A stretch of 38,813 bases of DNA, taken from positions 1-38,813 of the forward strand of contig NZ_JBFLKT010000398.1 in NCBI RefSeq assembly GCF_040883305.1. Reading direction: 5' to 3'. The stretch comes from Lutibacter sp. (lineage in GTDB: Bacteria; Bacteroidota; Bacteroidia; Flavobacteriales; Flavobacteriaceae). Positions 31,301-38,813 of the stretch are shown here, in pieces (within the stretch, counting starts at the first letter, position 1; every line of letters begins with the position of its first letter). The notes beneath the pieces were generated by a model. That model saw nothing but the letters and a program-made list of their open reading frames with translations, was not told the DNA's origin and did no database searches. Position numbers and translations under genes: made by a program.

Positions 31301-32202
31301 TCATTATCTTCTTTATGAAGTAAAATGGTACGTGCCCCAGACTCAATAATTTCTTCTATTTGTTCTTTTTCTAAAATTGTATCTCTATCTAATACAATTT
31401 CATTTCTTTCAATAGAAACAACTTCTCCAGTATCCTCATCAACAAAGTCTTCAAACCAAGTTTTTAATACACGAGCAGCTAATTTTCTACCTAAAACTTT
31501 TTTAAGTCCGCTTTTAGAAACTTTAATTTCTTCAGCAAGATCAAAAATTTCAAGAATATCTTTATCTCTTTCGTAACCAATTGCTCTAAACAATGTAGTT
31601 ACAGGTAATTTTTTCTTTCTATCAATATAAGCATACATTACTTGATTGATATCTGTTGCAAACTCTATCCAAGAACCTTTAAAAGGAATTACTCTTGCAG
31701 AATATAATTTTGTTCCGTTTGCGTGGAATGATTGTCCAAAGAATACTCCTGGAGAACGGTGTAATTGAGAAACTACAACTCTTTCAGCTCCATTAATAAC
31801 AAAAGTACCACTATTTGTCATATAAGGAATTGTACCTAAATATACATCTTGAACAATAGTTTCAAAATCTTCGTGTTCAGGGTCGGTACAGTACAACTTT
31901 AAACGTGCTTTTAACGGCACACAATAAGTAAGACCTCTTTCAATACATTCTTGAATGGAATATCGAGGAGGATCTACAAAGTAATCTATAAACTCTAACA
32001 CAAATTGGTTTCGAGTATCTGTAATTGGGAAGTTATCAAGGAAGGTTTTATATAATCCTTCGGTACTTCGTTCGTCAGCCTTAGTTTTTAATTGGAAAAA
32101 ATCTTGAAACGATTTTACCTGAATATCTAAAAAATCTGGATATTCAGTTACCAATTTAGCTGATGCAAAGTTTATTCTTTCGGTGAAATTTTTTGATGCC
32201 AA
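28387..32202 (-). CDS. rpoB: RNA polymerase beta subunit (TTG start)
   Basis: [54 protein letters not shown]. Confidence 0.99.
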   Translation of the reverse strand: MASKNFTERINFASAKLVTEYPDFLDIQVKSFQDFFQLKTKADERSTEGLYKTFLDNFPITDTRNQFVLEFIDYFVDPPRYSIQECIERGLTYCVPLKARLKLYCTDPEHEDFETIVQDVYLGTIPYMTNSGTFVINGAERVVVSQLHRSPGVFFGQSFHANGTKLYSARVIPFKGSWIEFATDINQVMYAYIDRKKKLPVTTLFRAIGYERDKDILEIFDLAEEIKVSKSGLKKVLGRKLAARVLKTWFEDFVDEDTGEVVSIERNEIVLDRDTILEKEQIEEIIESGARTILLHKEDNEMADYAIIHNTLQKDPTNSEKEAVEHIYRQLRNAEPPDFETAKGIIDKLFFSEQRYNLGEVGRYRMNKKLGLNEDIDQKVLTKVDIITIIKNLIKLVNSKAEVDDIDHLSNRRVRTVGEQLASQFGVGLSRMARTIRERMNVRDNEVFTPIDLINAKTLSSVINSFFGTNQLSQFMDQTNPLAEITHKRRLSALGPGGLSRERAGFEVRDVHYTHYGRLCPIETPEGPNIGLISSLAVFAKVNSLGFIETPYREVIDGNVNITDEPRYLSAEEEEGMKFAQSNLPLDEKGKFTAEKVIVREEADYPVVEPEKVNFMDVAPNQIASISASLIPFLEHDDANRALMGSNMMRQAVPLLKPESPIVGTGLEFRVAKDSRILMNAEGAGVVEYVDADTINIKYDKTDEDRMVSFDGDSKSYNLIKFRKTNQGTSINLKPIVQKGDRVEEGQVLCEGYATQKGELALGRNMKVAFMPWKGYNFEDAIVISEKVVKEDIFTSIHIDEYSMDVRDTKLGAEELTNDIPNVSEEATKDLDENGMIRIGAEVKPGDILIGKITPKGESDPTPEEKLLRAIFGDKAGDVKDASLKASPSLRGVVIDKKLFERAVKDKSKRAQDKVSIANLESKYTALLEDLRSVLIEKLFTLISGKTSQGVLNDLGEEILQKGKKFTLKMLNAVPDFNYLTKGVWTTDDHINSLVIELIHNYKIKVNDLQGSLRREKFTVSVGDELPAGILKLAKIYIAKKRKLKVGDKMAGRHGNKGIVARIVRAEDMPFLEDGTPVDIVLNPLGVPSRMNIGQIYETVLGWAGQKLDKKYATPIFDGASIDQINKITEDAGVPQYGHTYLYDGGTGERFDQPATVGVIYMIKLGHMIDDKMHARSIGPYSLITQQPLGGKAQFGGQRFGEMEVWALEAYGASSTLREILTVKSDDVMGRAKTYEAIVKGDAMPEPGLPESFNVLMHELRGLGLDVRLEE

Positions 32203-32256
32203 TGGACAAAAACTTTAAGTTAAAAAACTATTAAAATATAAGAACGAATATATACG

Positions 32257-32296
32257 CAAAATGGTTTAGGTCTTAGGATGACCCCAGACCTAAACC
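32257..32296 (-). terminator. terminator/attenuator-like hairpin between rplL and rpoB
   Basis: GGTTTAGGTCT (32263-32273) / AGACCTAAACC (32286-32296), followed on the minus strand by a weak AUUUU tail. Confidence 0.6.
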
Positions 32297-32321
32297 TTAA
32301 ATTGTTTTAGCTGTTGAAAGC

Positions 32322-32696
32322 TTATTTAAGCTCAACCTCTGCTCCAGCTTCTTCTAATGATGCTTTTAAAGCTTCCGCTTCATCTTTAGATACACCTTCT
32401 TTTACTGGTGCTGGTGCACTATCTACTACACCTTTAGCTTCTTTCAATCCTAAACCAGTTAATTCTTTAACTAATTTTACAACTGCTAATTTAGAACCAC
32501 CTGCTGCTTTTAAAATTACATCAAATTCAGTTTGAGCTTCTTCTTCTGCATCTCCACCTGCTGCTGGACCTGCTACTGCAACTGCTGCTGCAGCTGGCTC
32601 AATACCATATTCGTCTTTTAAAATATTAGCTAACTCGTTTACTTCTTTTACTGTTAAGTTAACAAGTTGTTCTGCGAAATCTTTTAAATCTGCCAT
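32322..32696 (-). CDS. rplL: 50S ribosomal protein bL12 (L7/L12)
   Basis: Ala-rich hinge, [24 protein letters not shown]. Confidence 0.99.
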   Translation of the reverse strand: MADLKDFAEQLVNLTVKEVNELANILKDEYGIEPAAAAVAVAGPAAGGDAEEEAQTEFDVILKAAGGSKLAVVKLVKELTGLGLKEAKGVVDSAPAPVKEGVSKDEAEALKASLEEAGAEVELK

Positions 32697-32737
32697 TTCT
32701 CTTTGTTTAATTTTTATTATTTAGTTTATTAGTGCGC

Positions 32738-33256
32738 TTATTCTTTTTCTGATAATGTTTTTAAAATACCAGATAATTTGTTACCACCTGACTGCAATGC
32801 TGAAATAACATTTTTAGCTGGTGATTGTAAAATCGTAATGATATCTCCAATAACTTCCTCTTTAGATTTAATGTTAACTAAAGTATCTAATTGGTCATCA
32901 CCAACATAAATAGCTTCTTCAACATAAGCTCCTTTTAATAAAGGTTTATTAGATTTCTTACGAAATTCTTTTATTAATTTTGCTGGTGCATTACCAGTAT
33001 CAGATAATAAAATTGAAGTATTTCCTTTTAATACTGTAGGTAATTCTCCAAAATCTTTATCAGATTTATTCATTGCTTTTGCTAACAATGTATTTTTAAC
33101 AACTGCAAGTTTAATATTTGCCTTAAAACACGCTCTACGTAAGTTTGAGGTATCTGTAGCATTTAAACCCGAAATATCTGCTAAATAGATGATATTTTGT
33201 TCTGTTAACTTAGTTGTTAAAGCTTCTATTACTTGTGATTTTTCTTCTCTCGTCAT
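32738..33256 (-). CDS. rplJ: 50S ribosomal protein uL10
   Basis: MTREEK, VVKNTLL; position between rplA and rplL. Confidence 0.98.
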   Translation of the reverse strand: MTREEKSQVIEALTTKLTEQNIIYLADISGLNATDTSNLRRACFKANIKLAVVKNTLLAKAMNKSDKDFGELPTVLKGNTSILLSDTGNAPAKLIKEFRKKSNKPLLKGAYVEEAIYVGDDQLDTLVNIKSKEEVIGDIITILQSPAKNVISALQSGGNKLSGILKTLSEKE

Positions 33257-33268
33257 AATTTCTAAGTT

Positions 33269-33964
33269 TTAACTATTAACAGATTTAGTGTCAATACTAA
33301 TTCCAGGACTCATTGTACTAGACATATAAATGCTTTTTACATAAGTTCCTTTAGAAGCCGTAGGCTTTAATTTAATTAAAGTTTGAATTAATTCACCAGC
33401 ATTTTCTGCAATCTTCTCTGCTGAGAATGAAGCTTTACCAACTGCGGCATGAACAATACCTGTTTTATCAACTTTAAAGTCTATTTTACCAGCTTTAACT
33501 TCTGTTACAGCTTTTGCAACATCCATTGTTACAGTACCTGTTTTTGGATTAGGCATTAAACCTCTAGGTCCTAAAATACGACCTAATGGACCTAATTTAC
33601 CCATAACGCTAGGCATTGTAATAATAACATCAACATCTGTCCAACCTTCTTTAATTTTCTGAAGGTATTCATCTAATCCAACATAATCTGCTCCTGCTGC
33701 TGTAGCATCTGCTTCTTTATCTGGAGTTACCAATGCTAATACTTTTACATCTTTACCAGTTCCGTGAGGCAATGTTACTACCCCTCTAACCATTTGATTT
33801 GCTTTACGAGGATCTACTCCTAATCTAACAGCTAAATCAATAGATGCATCAAAATTTACATTAGTAATTTCTTTTACTAAAGCAGAAGCATCGTTTAAAC
33901 TATAAGTTTGATTTCTATCAACTTTAGCTTCAGCTTCTTTTTGCTTTTTAGTTAATTTTGCCAT
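33269..33964 (-). CDS. rplA: 50S ribosomal protein uL1
   Basis: [35 protein letters not shown]. Confidence 0.99.
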   Translation of the reverse strand: MAKLTKKQKEAEAKVDRNQTYSLNDASALVKEITNVNFDASIDLAVRLGVDPRKANQMVRGVVTLPHGTGKDVKVLALVTPDKEADATAAGADYVGLDEYLQKIKEGWTDVDVIITMPSVMGKLGPLGRILGPRGLMPNPKTGTVTMDVAKAVTEVKAGKIDFKVDKTGIVHAAVGKASFSAEKIAENAGELIQTLIKLKPTASKGTYVKSIYMSSTMSPGISIDTKSVNS

Positions 33965-33979
33965 TTTTAAATAACTGTT

Positions 33980-34423
33980 TTATTGTTTTATAGGAGCTTC
34001 TCCCTTTACTCTAATCCCCATTGAACGTGCTGTTCCTGCCATCATTAACATTGCAGACTCAACAGTAAATGCATTTAAATCTACCATTTTATCTTCAGCA
34101 ATTGTTTTCAATTGGTCCCAAGTAACTGTAGCCACTTTAATTCTATTTGGTTCAGCTGAACCTTTTTTTACTTTAGCTGCTTCTAAAATTTGCACTGCTG
34201 CGGGTGGAGTTTTAATAACAAAATCAAAAGATTTATCCTTGTATACTGTAATAGCTACTGGTAAAACTTTTCCTTGTTTATCTTGAGTTCTCGCATTAAA
34301 CTGCTTACAGAACTCCATAATATTAACTCCGGCAGCACCTAAAGCAGGTCCAACTGGTGGTGATGGGTTTGCCGCACCTCCACGAACTTGTAATTTTACT
34401 ACTTTACTAACTTCTTTTGCCAT
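33980..34423 (-). CDS. rplK: 50S ribosomal protein uL11
   Basis: [32 protein letters not shown]. Confidence 0.99.
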   Translation of the reverse strand: MAKEVSKVVKLQVRGGAANPSPPVGPALGAAGVNIMEFCKQFNARTQDKQGKVLPVAITVYKDKSFDFVIKTPPAAVQILEAAKVKKGSAEPNRIKVATVTWDQLKTIAEDKMVDLNAFTVESAMLMMAGTARSMGIRVKGEAPIKQ

Positions 34424-34491
34424 TTTTAAATCTTAAATTAGATACTACATTAATTGGAAGCAAACGCAATATCAAAAATTATATGTAACTA

Positions 34492-35043
34492 TTATGAAAT
34501 TTTATCTACTTGCATATAACTTAGTTCTAATGGTGTTTTTCTACCGAAAATTTTAACCATTACTTCTAGTTTACGCTTTTCTTCATTAATCTTTTCTATT
34601 GTACCATCAAATCCATTAAATGGACCGTCAATTACTTTTACAGTTTCACCCACAACATAAGGTATCGCAACATTATCGTTTTGAACAGATAATTCATCTA
34701 CTTTACCTAACATACGGTTTATCTCTGATTTTCGCATTGGTACAGGATCTCCTCCTTTAACTTCACCTAAAAAACCTATTACACCTGTTATAGATTTAAT
34801 AATATGTGGTAATTCTCCACTTAAGTTTGCTTCAATCATAACATAACCTGGAAAATAAACACGTTCTTTATTTATTTTTTTTCCATTACGTACTTGAATT
34901 ACTTTTTCTGTAGGCACTAGAACTCTATCAACATAATCCGTCATTCCAAGGCGCGCAATTTCATTTTCGATATAAGATTTTACCTTATTCTCTTGGCCAC
35001 CTATAGCTCTTACAACATACCATTTTTTTACAGAATCAGTCAT
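34492..35043 (-). CDS. nusG: transcription termination/antitermination factor NusG
   Basis: WYVVR, FPGYV, KOW motif DGPFNGFDG, IFGRKTP. Confidence 0.99.
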   Translation of the reverse strand: MTDSVKKWYVVRAIGGQENKVKSYIENEIARLGMTDYVDRVLVPTEKVIQVRNGKKINKERVYFPGYVMIEANLSGELPHIIKSITGVIGFLGEVKGGDPVPMRKSEINRMLGKVDELSVQNDNVAIPYVVGETVKVIDGPFNGFDGTIEKINEEKRKLEVMVKIFGRKTPLELSYMQVDKIS

Positions 35044-35050
35044 ACCTTAA

Positions 35051-35239
35051 TTAAAATAATTTAAAATACTCAGTTAAACCAGTTTGAAAGAATTTATCTA
35101 CTGCAAACACTGCCAGTGCAAATATTATAGTAAATATAGCAACAACAACTGTTGACTTTTGGGCTTCTTCCCAAGAAATCCAAGATACTTTATTGCGTAA
35201 CTCTTCAAATGAGTCTTTGATATAATTAACTAAATTCAT
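35051..35239 (-). CDS. secE: preprotein translocase subunit SecE
   Basis: ELRNKVSW plus one TM. The true start is ATG 35239; the ORF-track extension to 35311 reads through tRNA-Trp. Confidence 0.95.
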   Translation of the reverse strand: MNLVNYIKDSFEELRNKVSWISWEEAQKSTVVVAIFTIIFALAVFAVDKFFQTGLTEYFKLF

Positions 35240-35253
35240 TTTTTTAATTTTTG

Positions 35254-35326
35254 CACGGGCGGAGAGACTCGAACTCCCGACACCTGGTTTTGGAGACCAG
35301 TGCTCTACCAACTGAGCTACGCCCGT
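35254..35326 (-). tRNA. tRNA-Trp (CCA)
   Basis: ACGGGCGTAGCTCAGTTGGTAGAGCACTGGTCT-CCA-AAACCAGGTGTCGGGAGTTCGAGTCTCTCCGCCCGTG cloverleaf; 3' CCA not encoded. Confidence 0.97.
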
Positions 35327-35358
35327 AAAGAAAGGTGCTTCTTTAACAGAAGCACCTT
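35327..35358 (-). terminator. hairpin between tuf and tRNA-Trp (partial terminator or processing signal)
   Basis: AAGGTGCTTCT / AGAAGCACCTT 11-bp stem followed by UCUUU on the minus strand. Confidence 0.55.
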
Positions 35359-35378
35359 ATTTATTCTTTGGGTTTTGA

Positions 35379-36566
35379 TTAGTCTAACATTTCTGTTACC
35401 TGACCAGCTCCTACTGTTCTACCACCTTCACGGATCGCAAAACGTAAACCTACGTTTAAAGCAATTGGCTGATGTAGTTCAACATTTATTGTTAAGTTAT
35501 CACCTGGCATTACCATTTCAACTCCATCAGGTAACATAATAGTTCCTGTTACATCAGTTGTACGTACGTAAAACTGTGGACGGTAGTTGTTGTGGAATGG
35601 AGTGTGACGTCCACCTTCTTCTTTTTTAAGGATATAAACCTCAGCTTTAAATTTAGCGTGTGGAGTAACTGATTTAGGCTTACAAATTACCATACCTCTA
35701 CGGATATCTTCTTTTGCAATACCTCTTAATAAGATACCTACGTTATCACCAGCTTCACCTCTATCTAATATTTTACGGAACATTTCAACTCCAGTAACTG
35801 TAGAAGTTAATTTTTCAGCTCCCATACCAATAATATCGACTGCATCACCAGTATTAGCGACACCTGTTTCAATACGACCAGTAGCAACAGTACCACGACC
35901 AGTAATTGAGAATACATCTTCAATTGGCATTAAGAAATCTTTCTCAACATCACGCTTCGGTAACTCAATCCAAGTATCAACAGCATCCATTAAATCCATT
36001 ATCTTATCCATCCATTTTGGATCTTTATTCAATCCACCTAAAGCAGAACCTTGAATAACAGGAGTATTATCACCATCATAATCGTAGAATGATAATAAAT
36101 CTCTAATTTCCATTTCTACTAACTCTAATAATTCTTCATCATCAACCATATCCACTTTATTCATGAATACAACTAATCTAGGAATCCCTACTTGACGTCC
36201 TAATAAGATATGCTCTCTAGTTTGAGGCATTGGTCCGTCAGTTGCAGCAACAACAATAATTGCTCCATCCATTTGCGCAGCACCAGTTACCATGTTCTTT
36301 ACGTAATCCGCGTGACCTGGACAGTCAACGTGAGCGTAGTGACGATTAGCAGTTTGGTATTCTACGTGAGCAGTATTAATTGTAATACCTCTCTCTTTTT
36401 CCTCAGGTGCGTTATCGATTTGATCGAAATCTTTTACTTCAGAAAGCCCTTTCTCTGCTAATACAACAGTAATAGCAGCTGTTAAGGTTGTTTTACCGTG
36501 ATCAACGTGTCCAATAGTCCCAATGTTTAAATGTGGTTTTGAACGATCGAAAGTTTCTTTAGCCAT
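35379..36566 (-). CDS. tuf: elongation factor Tu
   Basis: [26 protein letters not shown]. Confidence 0.99.
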   Translation of the reverse strand: MAKETFDRSKPHLNIGTIGHVDHGKTTLTAAITVVLAEKGLSEVKDFDQIDNAPEEKERGITINTAHVEYQTANRHYAHVDCPGHADYVKNMVTGAAQMDGAIIVVAATDGPMPQTREHILLGRQVGIPRLVVFMNKVDMVDDEELLELVEMEIRDLLSFYDYDGDNTPVIQGSALGGLNKDPKWMDKIMDLMDAVDTWIELPKRDVEKDFLMPIEDVFSITGRGTVATGRIETGVANTGDAVDIIGMGAEKLTSTVTGVEMFRKILDRGEAGDNVGILLRGIAKEDIRRGMVICKPKSVTPHAKFKAEVYILKKEEGGRHTPFHNNYRPQFYVRTTDVTGTIMLPDGVEMVMPGDNLTINVELHQPIALNVGLRFAIREGGRTVGAGQVTEMLD

Positions 36567-36622
36567 AATTATTAATTTTTAAATCTTAGTTATATATAGT
36601 GTTAAATTCAATTCTATTATTG

Positions 36623-36694
36623 AGCCAATGACGGGAATTGAACCCGTGACCTCTTCCTTACCAAGGAAACGCTCTACCCCTGAGCTACACCGGC
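36623..36694 (-). tRNA. tRNA-Thr (GGT)
   Basis: GCCGGTGTAGCTCAGGGGTAGAGCGTTTCCTT-GGT-AAGGAAGAGGTCACGGGTTCAATTCCCGTCATTGGCT. Confidence 0.96.
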
Positions 36695-36706
36695 CAAAAA
36701 AAATAG

Positions 36707-36779
36707 AGCGAGAGACCGGGCTCGAACCGGCGACAGTCAGCTTGGAAGGCTGAAGCTCTACCAACTGAGCTACTCTCGC
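36707..36779 (-). tRNA. tRNA-Gly (TCC)
   Basis: GCGAGAGTAGCTCAGTTGGTAGAGCTTCAGCCT-TCC-AAGCTGACTGTCGCCGGTTCGAGCCCGGTCTCTCGCT. Confidence 0.97.
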
Positions 36780-36835
36780 AATAATTTTTTTTCAAATCAT
36801 CATTGGGTAATGTATTCTTATTTCCAATATTAATG

Positions 36836-36916
<81 letters not shown>

Positions 36917-37031
36917 ATTATTTTCAAAGATCTCTGTCAAATAATTTTGACAGTATTCAGCATATACTTTTTGTTTTCACTCTTAAAAGTTACATCAAAA
37001 AAACAACTACTGAACTTTTTCTTTTATTTTG

Positions 37032-37105
37032 AGCCGATGGAGGGACTCGAACCCACGACCTGCTGATTACAAATCAGCTGCTCTAGCCAGCTGAGCTACA
37101 TCGGC
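37032..37105 (-). tRNA. tRNA-Thr (TGT)
   Basis: GCCGATGTAGCTCAGCTGGCTAGAGCAGCTGATT-TGT-AATCAGCAGGTCGTGGGTTCGAGTCCCTCCATCGGCT. Confidence 0.97.
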
Positions 37106-37146
37106 TTTTTACTCCATAAAAGAAGCCCGTTATTTCTAACGGACTG

Positions 37147-37177
37147 CAAATGTATTAAAGTTTTAATTTTAAACAAA
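37147..37177 (-). promoter_or_regulatory. consensus promoter of the tRNA-tuf operon
   Basis: TTTG (37174-37177), 19-nt spacer, TACATTTG (37147-37154). Confidence 0.8.
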
Positions 37178-37201
37178 ACTTTTTAAACTATTTTTTGTAA
37201 A

Positions 37202-37501
37202 TTATTTTGCTCTTACTTTTGCTTTCTTTTGCGTTAGCTTTCTTTTTAATGAATCTACTGCTAACATCACTCCTTCTTCAAAAGTTTTACATTGTTTTTT
37301 TACCATAAGATCATTCCCTGGAATGTTTAATTTTACATCGACATTTTTATTTTCCTTTTCACTAGTTTGATGCACCTTTAAAAAAACTTCCGAATCAACT
37401 ATTTTATCATAGTATTTTTCTAAACCATTTACTTTTTTTTCAATAAATTCAATAAGACTTTTATCGGCATTGAAATTAACAGACTGTACGTTTACTTTCA
37501 T
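37202..37501 (-). CDS. hpf: ribosome hibernation promoting factor (HPF/RaiA, short form)
   Basis: MKVNVQSVNFNAD...KV..LEKYYDKI...KTFEE....AVD.L; conserved position after xerC. Confidence 0.93.
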   Translation of the reverse strand: MKVNVQSVNFNADKSLIEFIEKKVNGLEKYYDKIVDSEVFLKVHQTSEKENKNVDVKLNIPGNDLMVKKQCKTFEEGVMLAVDSLKRKLTQKKAKVRAK

Positions 37502-37505
37502 AAAA

Positions 37506-38393
37506 TTATTTTTTTTGGCTCCTTGGGTGAGCTTGGTTATACACTTTCTTTAATTTTCCCAAACTACTTTGGGTATAAACTTGTGTTGACGCTAAACTTG
37601 AATGCCCAAGCAATTCTTTAACAGCGTTTAAATCTGCGCCTTCATTTAACAAGTGAGTTGCAAAAGAGTGTCTAATAACATGTGGGCTCTTTTTAACTTT
37701 TGATGACACAGTACTAAAATAATTATTTATAATTCGATACACAAGTGTATCATATATTATTTTACCTTTTTTTGTAATAAATAAATAAGGTTGTTCAGTT
37801 TTAATTTCATTTCTAAATTTAAGGTAGTTTTTTAATGAAACTTGCACTGTTTTTATTAACGGAATATAACGCTCTTTATTTCTTTTTCCAAGCACTTTAA
37901 CAGTTTCATTATTAAAATCAAATGTATCAATCTTAATATGTATTAATTCACTTCTCCTTATCCCAGTGGAATAAAACAACTCTACAATTAATTTATTTCT
38001 TACAGATTCAAAATCTTCTACATTATCTTTTAAACTAAGTACATCTTTAATCTCCTTTTCTGAAAAAGGAACTTGTACCTGTTTTGAAGTTTTTAAAGCT
38101 TGATGCTTTGCCAATGGGTTAATTGCAACTTGTTTTGTTTTTTGAAGAAATTTAAAAAATGATTTTAATGATGATATTTTTCTATTTATACTTCTATTAT
38201 TTATATTTGAATTTACTAACCAAACTATCCAACTTCTTATTTGGGAATAATTTATTTCTAAAATAAGAACATCGCCATAATTAGTCTTGTAAAATGCAAA
38301 AAAATCATTTAAATCTTTTTTATACGCAATTATAGTATGTTTACTATACTTTTTTTCAATTTGTAAATAATCTAAAAAGGATTTTATAGGCAT
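37506..38393 (-). CDS. xerC: tyrosine recombinase, XerC-like
   Basis: FLDYLQIEKKYSKHT, TGIRRSEL, GKRNKER, SPHVIRHSFATH, LGHSSLASTQVYT (R-K-H-R-H-Y intact). ATG at 38393 preferred. Confidence 0.88.
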   Translation of the reverse strand: MPIKSFLDYLQIEKKYSKHTIIAYKKDLNDFFAFYKTNYGDVLILEINYSQIRSWIVWLVNSNINNRSINRKISSLKSFFKFLQKTKQVAINPLAKHQALKTSKQVQVPFSEKEIKDVLSLKDNVEDFESVRNKLIVELFYSTGIRRSELIHIKIDTFDFNNETVKVLGKRNKERYIPLIKTVQVSLKNYLKFRNEIKTEQPYLFITKKGKIIYDTLVYRIINNYFSTVSSKVKKSPHVIRHSFATHLLNEGADLNAVKELLGHSSLASTQVYTQSSLGKLKKVYNQAHPRSQKK

Positions 38394-38450
38394 AAAAAAA
38401 ACCGTTAGAAAACAAACATACAAATTGTAAATTGTTTTTACTAACGGTTT
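38394..38450 (-). terminator. long hairpin with U8 tail between rpsU and xerC, containing a -7 element
   Basis: 38399-38408 pairs with 38441-38450 and 38409-38415 with 38432-38438; TATGTTTG lies at 38413-38420 on the minus strand. Confidence 0.65.
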
Positions 38451-38468
38451 AAATTTTTTGGCTAATAA

Positions 38469-38666
38469 TTAACCTTGCTCTTCGGTTGTTCTTAATTTCT
38501 GAACATATTGAGCTTTTATGTTTTGCGCACGTTTTACAACTGATGGCTTATTGAATTGTTTACGATTACGTAAATTTTTCATTGTTTTTGTACGATCAAA
38601 TTTTCTTTTATAACGTTTTAACGCTCTATCGATATTTTCTCCGTCTTTAACTGGTATGATTAACAT
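38469..38666 (-). CDS. rpsU: 30S ribosomal protein bS21
   Basis: VKDGENIDRALKRYKRK...F.KPSV.KR. Confidence 0.98.
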   Translation of the reverse strand: MLIIPVKDGENIDRALKRYKRKFDRTKTMKNLRNRKQFNKPSVVKRAQNIKAQYVQKLRTTEEQG

Positions 38667-38673
38667 GTATTAG

Positions 38674-38684
38674 CACCTCCTTCC
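38674..38684 (-). promoter_or_regulatory. strong Shine-Dalgarno sequence of rpsU
   Basis: GGAAGGAGGTG ending 7 nt before the ATG. Confidence 0.9.
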
Positions 38685-38714
38685 AAGTTGTTCTCTTTTT
38701 AAATTTTAAGATTG

Positions 38715-38722
38715 CAAATGTA
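38715..38722 (-). promoter_or_regulatory. -7 promoter element for rpsU
   Basis: TACATTTG(CA) about 48 nt upstream of the ATG. Confidence 0.65.
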
Positions 38723-38813
38723 TAACTAATTATTGAAAAATTAAAAATTAAATAATTAAAATAATATCTCTATATATTTTTACTCTAAGAAATAGTTAAA
38801 TAGGCTTAAGTTA

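Noticed and set aside
24021-32202. Possible inteins, introns or rifampicin-resistance changes in rpoB/rpoC
   Set aside because: Lengths are typical, no insertion is evident, and the rifampicin cluster I sequence has the usual Q, D, H and S residues.
20780-32535. Short ORFs overlapping the TonB receptor, rpoC, rpoB and rplL
   Set aside because: Shadow frames of long conserved genes.
37032-38393. Tyrosine recombinase near tRNA genes as a possible integrative element
   Set aside because: rpsU-xerC-hpf-tRNA-tuf is core Bacteroidota synteny. The recombinase lies upstream of the tRNA 5' ends, and I saw no duplicated tRNA 3' end or cargo genes.

Overview
This AT-rich window looks like core chromosome of a Flavobacteriaceae member (Bacteroidota), judged from TAnnTTTG promoters, the rpsU-xerC-hpf-tRNA-tuf order and DUF3467 after rpoC. 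The right half (23.7-38.7 kb, minus strand) is the conserved cluster rpsU, xerC, hpf, tRNA-Thr/Tyr/Gly/Thr, tuf, tRNA-Trp, secE, nusG, rplKAJL, rpoBC and DUF3467. The middle holds housekeeping genes (rluF, tgt, lptF/G, EamA, accA, nnr), a TlpA lipoprotein, and a TonB-dependent receptor divergent from a MocR/GabR regulator. The left ~10 kb is a stress-type accessory cluster: a DUF6544-like gene, a MacAB-type ABC system, two universal stress proteins, a dodecin and cbpA-cbpM. Four signals stand out. (1) Four CRP/FNR-like 14-bp boxes each lie exactly 22 nt upstream of a degenerate -7 element, suggesting one co-activated regulon. (2) An unannotated 37-aa highly basic ORF has its own promoter and terminator. 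(3) The MocR regulator lacks the canonical PLP-binding lysine, and a three-box operator lies between it and the TonB receptor. (4) An in-frame TAA interrupts the C-terminal F-x-IPEGY motif of a DUF4412-like gene. I saw no CRISPR array, transposase, prophage or rRNA. All calls come from reading the sequence by eye; no searches were run.
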